Shown here: positions 1 through 7,506 of the stretch, piece after piece
Layout: every line of letters starts with the position of its first letter
How positions within the stretch are numbered: position 1 is the first letter of the stretch
From: Verrucomicrobiales bacterium
Lineage (GTDB): Bacteria > Verrucomicrobiota > Verrucomicrobiia > Verrucomicrobiales > V1-33
Reading direction: 5' to 3'
NCBI GenBank assembly: GCA_031411295.1
Contig: JANOAV010000170.1
Span: 1-24,965 of the forward strand
Length of the DNA: 24,965 bases
Notes under the pieces: generated by a model
Databases searched by the model: none
The model's input: the letters and a program-made list of their open reading frames with translations, nothing else
What the model was told of the DNA's origin: nothing
Translations under genes and position numbers: made by a program

Positions 1-74
1 TGAAGCTTGTGCCCGAGCCCACCAATGCCAAGACCGCAACAACGAAAGCGGATTGATCCTTAGCAAAAAAATTT

Positions 75-851
75 ATGAGCCAACCATATCATCGTCGAAA
101 TTTCCTCCAGCGCACTGCCCTAGCCGCCGTAGGCAGTCTGCTGGCCACCAACTCCAGCCGTGCTCTGGAGGCAATCCCGGATCGACTGGTGGTTCTGACC
201 TTCGATGACTCCGTCGTTAGCCATGCCACCTACGTGGCTCCCCTGCTCAAGAAAATGGGCTTTGGGGGCACCTTCTTCATCACCGAAGGCTTCGAGTTCA
301 GCACCGACAAGGAACACTACCTAACGTGGGAACAGATCCAGGAGATGGACAAATCTGGCTTTGAAATTGGCAACCACACCCGCAAGCACGCCACCGTCCC
401 TGGCCAATCGCCCGAGCAATTGAAAGCCGACGTCGAATACATTGAACAACAATGTGCCAAATACGGCATCGCCCGCCCCACCAGCTTTTGCTATCCCGGC
501 TATCAAACTTCCATTGCTGCCAGCAAACTCCTCAACGAACGCGGCTACCGATTTGCGCGCGCCGGCGGAGCTAAAATCTACGACCCCGCTGCCGATGATC
601 CCCTCGCCCTGCCCCAAGCTTTCGACGGCAAACCCGAAAGCACGCTGGACCAATTCAAAGCCGCCATCGCGCAAGCCCGTGATGGCAAGATCGCAGTCAT
701 CACCTTCCACGGCGTGCCCGACCTCAAGCACCCTTGGGTCAATACCGATCCCGCCAAATTCGAAGCCTACATGGCTCACCTAAAGGCCGAAGGCTGCAAA
801 GTCATTCCATTGCGAGACCTCGCCAAATACGTCGCCCCCAAGCAATCGTAA
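75..851 (+). CDS. Tat-exported polysaccharide deacetylase (NodB/CE4 family)
   Basis: N-terminal HRRNFL twin-arginine signal; CE4 motifs LTFDD, GNHTRKH, FCYPG and ITFHGV. Confidence 0.9.
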   Translation: MSQPYHRRNFLQRTALAAVGSLLATNSSRALEAIPDRLVVLTFDDSVVSHATYVAPLLKKMGFGGTFFITEGFEFSTDKEHYLTWEQIQEMDKSGFEIGNHTRKHATVPGQSPEQLKADVEYIEQQCAKYGIARPTSFCYPGYQTSIAASKLLNERGYRFARAGGAKIYDPAADDPLALPQAFDGKPESTLDQFKAAIAQARDGKIAVITFHGVPDLKHPWVNTDPAKFEAYMAHLKAEGCKVIPLRDLAKYVAPKQS

Positions 852-858
852 ACCGAGT

Positions 859-881
859 GTGGCGCAGTCCGCTGGACTGCG
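859..881 (+). repeat. REP-like palindrome (GTGG followed by an 8-bp hairpin)
   Basis: GTGG-CGCAGTCC-GCT-GGACTGCG is a perfect 8-bp stem preceded by GTRG, 7 nt after the stop codon; no U-tract. Confidence 0.45.
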
Positions 882-921
882 ATTCCCACTGAAGCTGGAA
901 CCAACTCGCCCTTTGCCCCTG

Positions 922-1548
922 ATGAAACGTATCTTCCTTTTGCACTCGCTCTGCGCTCTGATGCTTCCTTTACTGGCGGAGGAACCCTCGTCTGCGCTCC
1001 CGGTGCTAACGCTTCCCGTCCGGGTTCATCTGATGCATTCTGCGACGCTGCCAGCCATGCAGACGACGTTGACGGACGGGGATATAAAACGAATTTTCGC
1101 CAAGGTGAACCAAGTTTGGGCGGCAGCTGGGATTCAGTTTGAGATTGAGTCCATTGGTGCCACCGAGGCTACCCCTTTGCCCAAGGAGCAACTCCTGGCA
1201 GGTGAGTTCGAACGGGTCGGGGCCATGATTCCTGAGGCTCGCCTCAGCGCGACGGCTCTGAATGTTTGTTACGTTAAGCAGGTCCAACCCAATGGGTTTT
1301 ACAACGGCAAGCTGATCGTGGTCAAGGACACGGCTGCGTTGAAGGAGGTGCCCGGTGGGCTGGATGAACCTTTGCCGCGGGTAACCTCACATGAACTAGG
1401 TCATGCGTTGGGTTTGCCCCATCGGCAGGATACCACCAATCTCATGCAATCCGGCACCACGGGATTCTCTTTGAATGAGGCTGAAATCACCAAGGCGCGT
1501 GAGAAAGCATCGCAACGGCAGGAGAAATTTGCGCCACCAAAAAGTTAA
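922..1548 (+). CDS. Secreted zinc metalloprotease, metzincin (matrixin/M10-M43-like)
   Basis: HELGHALGLPH matches HExxHxxGxxH and is followed by the NLM Met-turn. ATG at 922 gives a Sec signal (MKRIFLLHSLCALMLPLLA) and is preferred over GTG 859. Confidence 0.85.
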   Translation: MKRIFLLHSLCALMLPLLAEEPSSALPVLTLPVRVHLMHSATLPAMQTTLTDGDIKRIFAKVNQVWAAAGIQFEIESIGATEATPLPKEQLLAGEFERVGAMIPEARLSATALNVCYVKQVQPNGFYNGKLIVVKDTAALKEVPGGLDEPLPRVTSHELGHALGLPHRQDTTNLMQSGTTGFSLNEAEITKAREKASQRQEKFAPPKS

Positions 1549-1615
1549 CCTCAGACCGATCTCGCATCACAAGATGGCTCGTAGCATTGCCTGCCAACTG
1601 TTAGGGATATACGCT

Positions 1616-1636
1616 GGAGTCCCGCTTTTAAGCGGA
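1616..1636 (+). repeat. Degenerate REP-like palindrome GGAGTCCCGCTTTTAAGCGGA
   Basis: CCGCTT-TT-AAGCGG hairpin preceded by GGAGTC, between convergent genes; resembles short intergenic palindromes I recall from PVC genomes (unverified). Confidence 0.35.
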
Positions 1637-1747
1637 GCATCACGTCAAGCAAACCCTGCCCACAACTCGTGTTGCCATTAGTTTCCTTCTGAGGCCACCC
1701 ACTTTCCCGCAGGTCAGGATGTCTGAGCCTGCATTTCCTAAAATGGA

Positions 1748-2848
1748 TCAAGTCCTTGCGTAATACCGCCCGGGAAACTGCTTGATCAGCCGCTTCAACT
1801 CTAGTCGCATCAGGTTCCCAGAGACCACGGGAGTGCTGAGTTCACACTGCGAAATAATTTCCTCCACGTGCGTTTCGTTGGTCCCGATGACGGCATAGAT
1901 GGCTTGCTCTTCAGGGCTGAGATTATCCAGCGGAAAAAGAGTCGGTTGCGCCGGAGCAGAAGCTTCGGTGGGGAAAAGATTGCCCAGATCATCTAGAATA
2001 TCCTGGGCAGACATCACCAGTTTGCTGCCATTTTGAATCAGCTTGTTGGTGCCAGCGGAGAGCGGCTTATCAATCTGCCCGGGCACGGCATAGACGTTGC
2101 GCCCCTGCTCGGCGGCCATGTTGGCGGTAATGAGTGATCCGCTCCATGCAGGTGCTTCCACCACCAGAATGCCGCTGCTCCAGCCGCTGACGATGCGGTT
2201 GCGCATGGGAAACGTTTGTTTGTCCGGCGGCAGATCAATCGGGAACTCCGAGACCACGGCCCCATGTCCATCCGCGATGCGGTCTGCCAGTGCTTGATTT
2301 TCGGGTGGGTATAATTTCCCCAGTCCGGATCCAATCACGGCTACGGTGCGACCAGCGGCGGCCAGGGCCCCTTCGTGGGCATCCGTATCAATGCCCCGCG
2401 CCAAGCCCGAAAGCACCGTGACGCCTGCTGCAGCCAGTTGATAGGATAGCTTCTTGGCGCACTGACTGCCATAATGCGTGCAGCGTCGGCTGCCCACGAC
2501 ACCAATCGCCACCCGGTCCCGCTCCAGTAATTTCCCATGAACATAGAGCACCAGCGGCGGATCGTAAATTTCCCGCAGAGTATCCGGGTAAATTTCATCC
2601 TCACAAGTAACGATGTCCACGTTCATTTCCTTGGCGCGACGTTCTTCGCGCGCCAAATCCGTGTGCTGCTCCCAGCCATGGACCGCGGCTGCCAGCGTGG
2701 CGCTGAAACCCTTGATGCGGGAAATGTCATGCTCCGATGCCGTTAGAATTGCTTCTGGTGAGCCAAAGTGTTCCAGTAACCGACGCACCCGCACCGGACC
2801 AACTCGTGGCAGTTGATTCAGCACCAAGTAGGCTTGCCGACGCGTCAT
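1748..2848 (-). CDS. dprA: DNA-processing protein DprA (Smf)
   Basis: N-terminal SAM/HhH-like region (LPRVGPVR), IYDPPLVLY, VVGSR, SGLARGID, FPMRNRIVSG, VVEA..SGSLITA and a C-terminal winged helix. ATG 2848 preferred; TTG 2863 is an alternative. Confidence 0.96.
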   Translation of the reverse strand: MTRRQAYLVLNQLPRVGPVRVRRLLEHFGSPEAILTASEHDISRIKGFSATLAAAVHGWEQHTDLAREERRAKEMNVDIVTCEDEIYPDTLREIYDPPLVLYVHGKLLERDRVAIGVVGSRRCTHYGSQCAKKLSYQLAAAGVTVLSGLARGIDTDAHEGALAAAGRTVAVIGSGLGKLYPPENQALADRIADGHGAVVSEFPIDLPPDKQTFPMRNRIVSGWSSGILVVEAPAWSGSLITANMAAEQGRNVYAVPGQIDKPLSAGTNKLIQNGSKLVMSAQDILDDLGNLFPTEASAPAQPTLFPLDNLSPEEQAIYAVIGTNETHVEEIISQCELSTPVVSGNLMRLELKRLIKQFPGRYYART

Positions 2849-2868
2849 GGCGAGATTTCCCAAAACAC

Positions 2869-3369
2869 CTAGGCAGCGCCCAGTAACTGATGGGCGTTGA
2901 TCGCTTCGGTGATTGCCGCCCAGCCATTGGGCTGTTGCAGTTGGAAGAGATTCAGGTAAACGGCCACTTCCTCAGCGGGAAATTCTGCCAGCAACTTGGT
3001 AACGCCAGCCGCCACCTTGGCGGAATCCAGTTCGTCGGGGATGTCCCCATCCACTCCGCCCTTGCCATCATGCTTGATTCCCAGTGTGTCCAAGAAGCTG
3101 GCCAGCATAGGGGACTTGGCTTTCATGAGCCAGACTTGGAGGATGTTCTCGCCCACGCCTTCGCTGAGGCGGGATTTCAGCGTTTCCATGATCCAAGCGA
3201 ATTGTTGATCTCGTGACCGCTGGGTCACGAAGACCGGACGCACTTTCTTCTGTTGCGCCAGCGTGGTGACGGCTGCTTTATAGACTTCACGTTCGTCGTC
3301 CTTCATCCAAGTCATGATTTGTTGACCGAGAGCGGGGGACATCGATTTAAAGAGTTGGTGGGCCTGCAT
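2869..3369 (-). CDS. Hypothetical helical protein, probably co-transcribed with dprA
   Basis: 166-aa ATG ORF with natural protein-like composition (FLDTLGIKHDGKG), ending 20 nt before the dprA start. Confidence 0.8.
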   Translation of the reverse strand: MQAHQLFKSMSPALGQQIMTWMKDDEREVYKAAVTTLAQQKKVRPVFVTQRSRDQQFAWIMETLKSRLSEGVGENILQVWLMKAKSPMLASFLDTLGIKHDGKGGVDGDIPDELDSAKVAAGVTKLLAEFPAEEVAVYLNLFQLQQPNGWAAITEAINAHQLLGAA

Positions 3370-3501
3370 GGGTTCCGGGATATTGAGAGAGGGATAAAAT
3401 TGGAGGCGCGACTAGTGGCACCGCCAGCGCCATTTGTCGAGAAATTTGGCAGACGAACTTTTCCTTGCTCTCGGGCCTAGCTTCCGTCAATTCAACTTAT
3501 C

Positions 3502-3990
3502 ATGAGCCAATCCACAGAAACACCCCACGCTCCGTTGCCATCCGTCGGTATTTTCAAAGTCCTCACCGACGAACATCGGGATATTTTGACCCGTCTGGGT
3601 AAATTTCGCATCCTCGCTCCAGGGGCCGCTCTGATTGAGCAGGGAGACCACGGTGACTCGCTTTTTTTCGTGCTGGAAGGAGTGCTCAATGTGACCTGTC
3701 ATTCTCCCATGAGCACGGTTTCCATGGGCACCATCAAGGCGGGTGAGACCGTGGGGGAAATGAACATCATTGATCCGCTCAAAGCCAGCGCCACCGTTAA
3801 GGTTCAACACACCGCCAGAGTGTGGCAAATTTCACGTGATAATCTCGAGCAGTTTTTCAAGGAATATCCCGCGTGTGGGGTGGCCATTCTCAAGGAGATT
3901 GCCGTCCTCTTGACCCGCCGCATTAGGCGGGGGGCAGACCGGGCGATTCGGCAGGCAGAATTGGCGGTCGCGATCTATGAATTGGATTAA
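3502..3990 (+). CDS. Stand-alone cyclic nucleotide-binding (Crp-like effector) domain protein
   Basis: LIEQGDHGDSLFFVLEG...GETVGEM...SATV beta-barrel signature and C-helix; no HTH. Confidence 0.9.
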   Translation: MSQSTETPHAPLPSVGIFKVLTDEHRDILTRLGKFRILAPGAALIEQGDHGDSLFFVLEGVLNVTCHSPMSTVSMGTIKAGETVGEMNIIDPLKASATVKVQHTARVWQISRDNLEQFFKEYPACGVAILKEIAVLLTRRIRRGADRAIRQAELAVAIYELD

Positions 3991-4160
3991 TCAAGTGGCT
4001 CCATTTCTCTTAGAAAAAGTCTCGCGCTCGCGCTGCGGATGGGTTTCGTAGGGGAACCCCTGATTCCTGCATCAGGAAGCCCGAAGCAGCCATGCTAGCC
4101 GACATCAGCGTCCTAACATGCGTTCAATCGGAGTGATGACTAGCATCTGGAGCGCAAGCG

Positions 4161-4604
4161 GTTTTTTAAAAATTATTCTCGCGCAAATGTAAAATTTTAC
4201 TAGTAATGCGAGTCAGCTTTGCTAAAAGAAACCTGCGAACTTGCTCGCGGGAATTTCAGGTTAGATCAGCTGGCTAGTCGTCTGCAAATCCTCTGTATCC
4301 GCATAAGTCGTTCATGATCAACCTTAACCCTTCATTTGTTAATAAATACTACTCTCAGCTCAAGTATCGCTTGCCACCACACTTGAAACCTTGCCAAGTT
4401 CGACTCCCATTTTTCTGCTTTTCTAATTTTTTTGAATTTCCATTTTTAACGACCAGACCTCAACTCACCATGTTCCTCACTACCGACCTCCGTTTTTCTT
4501 ATTCTCCCCACCTTCGTTGCCCCCTGCGAACCATTGTTGCCACCCCGTTAGCAATAACGTCACAACTCATTCCTAACCGCACGAAATAGAAGGGGACAAA
4601 CGTC
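4161..4604 (+). promoter_or_regulatory. AT-rich dnaA promoter/leader region (possible origin-associated region)
   Basis: AT-rich tracts; palindromes TTTTTAAAAA (4163-4172) and GTAAAATTTTAC (4189-4200); pyrimidine-rich leader; purine-rich AAGGGGA shortly before the dnaA ATG; no perfect TTATCCACA boxes. Confidence 0.45.
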
Positions 4605-5987
4605 ATGCCAAACCATGATTTAGCCGCCATTTGGGGCGGTGTTAAGGACGATTTACGTCGGAAACTAGAGCCCGGAGATTATGATCTTTGGATTGCCAAG
4701 ACCCGATTGCTGGAAATTAACGAAGTGACCGCCCGGGTGGAAGCGCCCAATGATCTGCACGCGGCATTCTTGGATAACAATTACTTGTCCGAGGTGCAAA
4801 ATGCCTTGGAGATGAGTCTCGGCAGCCGCCGCCCGGTGGTCTTTGAATCTGGCACCGCCTCCGGTGTCTTGGAACAGCCCGACTTGTTCGATGATGAGCT
4901 AGCCGAAGAGGACAAAGCCAAGACCACCAAGGCCCCTCGGCTGCGGCCTGCGGTGGGTTTCCTCAACGAGCAATATACCTTCGAGACCTTCGTCGTGGGG
5001 GCGAATAATGAATTTGCGGCTGCGGCCTGTCACGCCGTGGCCAAGAACCCAGCCAAGACCTACAATCCCTTGTTTATCTTCGGCCCCACCGGGATGGGCA
5101 AGACCCACCTGATGCATGCCATCGGGCGGCAAATCCTGCTCAATCGCCCGAAAGCGCGCGTCATTTGCGTGACCTCGGAAGACTTTACTAACGAATTCAT
5201 TGCCGCCATCGGTAGTTCCTCCCTGCCCGCGTTTCGCAAGAAGTATCGCCAGGCGGATGTCTTGTTGATTGATGATGTGCAATTCTTTGGCGACAAGGGG
5301 CGCAGTCAGGAAGAATTCTTCCACACCTTCAACACCTTCCAAGATGGACACAAACAAATTGTCCTAACGTGTGATCGCATGCCCAGTGAAATCAATGGGT
5401 TGGAGAAACGCCTCATGTCCCGCTTCGAATGGGGAATGACCGCTTCGGTGACACCTCCAGAAGTGGAGACTCGGGTGGCGATCCTCCGGCGTAAGCTCCA
5501 GAGCCTGAAAAACGTGCCTTATCTGAGCGATGAAGTCGTGCGCTTTGTAGCCGAGAAAGTCCGCAGCAACGTGCGTCGCCTGCAAGGAGCGATTCTGCGC
5601 GTCGTGACATACTTCTCCCTCAATCCAGAGTTGCCGCTAAGCACGGAAATCGTGGCCACCAAAATTTTGCCTGATCTGCTCCATGAGGAAGCCAAAGAAA
5701 CCGTCAATGTTGATCGTATCCAGAAGGTGGTGGCGAGCCACTTTGGGATGCAGATCAGTGACCTCACAGGCCCGCGTCGTCCAGCAGACATCGCCTGGGC
5801 TAGGCAATTGGCGATGTATTTGACTCGCGAACTAACGAAAGCCCCCTACCAGGATATTGGGCGCGCCTTCGGCAATCGGGATCACGGCACCGTGATGCAT
5901 GCTTGTCGCAAAGTGGAGGATCTGAACAATGTGGACGAAAAGGCCACGGGGGACCTGCGTTTCCTGCTGCGCGAGTTACAACGTTAG
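4605..5987 (+). CDS. dnaA: Chromosomal replication initiator DnaA
   Basis: YTFETFVVG, YNPLFIFG, Walker A GPTGMGKT, Walker B LLIDDVQF, QEEFFHTFN, RLMSRFEWG, SNVRRLQG, and domain IV RQLAMYL..IGRAFGNRDHGTVMHA. Confidence 0.98.
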   Translation: MPNHDLAAIWGGVKDDLRRKLEPGDYDLWIAKTRLLEINEVTARVEAPNDLHAAFLDNNYLSEVQNALEMSLGSRRPVVFESGTASGVLEQPDLFDDELAEEDKAKTTKAPRLRPAVGFLNEQYTFETFVVGANNEFAAAACHAVAKNPAKTYNPLFIFGPTGMGKTHLMHAIGRQILLNRPKARVICVTSEDFTNEFIAAIGSSSLPAFRKKYRQADVLLIDDVQFFGDKGRSQEEFFHTFNTFQDGHKQIVLTCDRMPSEINGLEKRLMSRFEWGMTASVTPPEVETRVAILRRKLQSLKNVPYLSDEVVRFVAEKVRSNVRRLQGAILRVVTYFSLNPELPLSTEIVATKILPDLLHEEAKETVNVDRIQKVVASHFGMQISDLTGPRRPADIAWARQLAMYLTRELTKAPYQDIGRAFGNRDHGTVMHACRKVEDLNNVDEKATGDLRFLLRELQR

Positions 5988-6012
5988 GGCAGATTCGATC
6001 ATGTAGCAGTGC

Positions 6013-6036
6013 AATGGGAGCGCCCGCGCTCCCATT
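6013..6036 (+). terminator. Stem-loop downstream of dnaA (terminator or mRNA-stabilising hairpin)
   Basis: AATGGGAGCG-CCCG-CGCTCCCATT is a perfect 10-bp stem 25 nt after the stop; the U-tract is weak. Confidence 0.5.
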
Positions 6037-6147
6037 CACGTCTGCGGGAACACCTCGGTCCCCGTGGCGCAGTTGAGCCGATCCTCAACCTCGTTTGGTT
6101 TACTTCTCTTCCTTGTCGGGCTGATTTTCTGTGTTTCAGTGTCTCCT

Positions 6148-7269
6148 ATGCCCCCAACCGGTTCGCCCCCATTCAATCAAAAGCTTTCTCTACATCGTCG
6201 GTTGTCGTTGGTAGAGCAGACCGTGTCCGCGCTGAGGCAGCACATTGAACAGCAAGTATGGAGAGATTTCCTGCCGCCGGAAAACTTCCTCACCAAAGAA
6301 CTCGGAGTCAGTCGCGTCACCCTGCGCAAGGCCCTTGCGGAACTTGGCTCCCAGGGCTTAATCAAGGCAGGCGGACGCGGTTTTCGGAATCAGATCGCGA
6401 TGGAACCAAGGGCGTTGTCAGACGCCACTCTGGGGCAACGCGTGCATTTCCTGAGTCCCATTTCCGAGGCAGAGATGGTCACCAGCACTCGCGTGATTTA
6501 TGATGAATTGCGCATCGCGTTGCTGAAGCAGGGCTGTTCCATAGCGTTTGATCATAGGAAATCGGTCTGGAGCCAGCACCCCGCCGCCAAGCTGCGGAGC
6601 TTAACGCAGGAAAGCGAGGCCGGAGCATGGGTGCTCTATCGCGCCTCACTGGCCATACAGCAATGGTTCCATGATAACCAGGTGCGCTGCGTGGTGTTGG
6701 GGCCTTGTTATCCCGGAGTAACGCTGCCGAGCGCTCAGTTCGATGTGAGGGCACTGGGGTGGCATGTGGGTTGCGAATGCTCACGCTTGGGGCATCGGCA
6801 TGTAGCCTTTGTGGCCCATGATCTTTCCGTGGCCAGCTCACTGCTAACCCAGGAGGGACTGAATCAGCACCTCCGGCCCAGAGGGAATTTGGCGAAATTG
6901 TCCTTGATCGAAGATGATTATACCCAGTCGTCCTTACGAGTCGCGCTCAAACGGCTCATGGCCCAGGCGGAACCACCCACGTGCATCATCGCAAGCGCAG
7001 CAGGGCAGGCTTGGCCGATCATAGGTATCCTTCAGGAACTGGGATTGCGAGTGCCGGAGGACGTTTCCTTGGTGGTGCGGGATCATGAGTCGTTCCTCTC
7101 CCGCAGCGTGCCTGAGGTAACGCGTTATACTTTCGATGTTCCTCGATTCGGGCGTTTGGCTGGAGGGCTGGTGAGATGTGTCTTCGCTGGGGGCGGGTTG
7201 CGGCAAACGCATCGCCGAGTCCAGCCAGTCTTCGTGCCTGGACAAACGTTGGTGCAGCGGAAGACCTAA
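6148..7269 (+). CDS. Transcriptional regulator with GntR-type wHTH and LacI-type sugar-binding sensor domain
   Basis: LPPENFLTKELGVSRVTLRKALAEL..QGLI (GntR HTH); LGHRHVAFV, PTCII and LGLRVPEDVSLV (LacI/PBP1 domain). ATG 6148 preferred over GTG 6064; start uncertain. Confidence 0.9.
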   Translation: MPPTGSPPFNQKLSLHRRLSLVEQTVSALRQHIEQQVWRDFLPPENFLTKELGVSRVTLRKALAELGSQGLIKAGGRGFRNQIAMEPRALSDATLGQRVHFLSPISEAEMVTSTRVIYDELRIALLKQGCSIAFDHRKSVWSQHPAAKLRSLTQESEAGAWVLYRASLAIQQWFHDNQVRCVVLGPCYPGVTLPSAQFDVRALGWHVGCECSRLGHRHVAFVAHDLSVASSLLTQEGLNQHLRPRGNLAKLSLIEDDYTQSSLRVALKRLMAQAEPPTCIIASAAGQAWPIIGILQELGLRVPEDVSLVVRDHESFLSRSVPEVTRYTFDVPRFGRLAGGLVRCVFAGGGLRQTHRRVQPVFVPGQTLVQRKT

Positions 7270-7479
7270 GCGAACGCCTAGCCAGGTAGGTGCAGCTAGG
7301 GAGGGGCACACCTTGACGCTGCTGATAACCGAAACGAATCAGGGTCGGCGGACGGTGTATTTTTTGCAGACATTTCGAAATCAATCGCCATCCCCATCGG
7401 TTTCTGACATATCACGCTCGGCTCGGAATTCTGCGCTTCGTAAATTGATGTCTGAAAATCCGGGAATACCAACGCCAAG

Positions 7480-7499
7480 CTCACCTCACCTCACCTCAT
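7480..7499 (+). repeat. Pentanucleotide tandem repeat (CTCAC)3-CTCAT
   Basis: Read directly from the sequence; ends 7 nt upstream of ATG 7507. Confidence 0.8.
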
Positions 7500-7506
7500 C
7501 CCGCTT

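Noticed and set aside
3..56. Frame reading KLVPEPTNAKTATTKAD-stop, containing VPEP
   Set aside because: Not PEP-CTERM because no TM helix or basic tail follows. It may be the 3' end of an upstream gene but is too short to call.
4314..4589. 91-aa ORF upstream of dnaA (possible leader peptide)
   Set aside because: Its Phe/Leu/Pro-rich composition simply mirrors the pyrimidine-rich leader; no recognisable motif.
3991..4604. Canonical DnaA-box cluster defining oriC
   Set aside because: No perfect or near-perfect TTWTNCACA cluster found by eye; kept only as a weak candidate.
6064..6147. Hydrophobic N-terminal extension suggesting a membrane-anchored regulator
   Set aside because: Likely an artefact of a T-rich leader read from a GTG; a downstream ATG fits the usual architecture.
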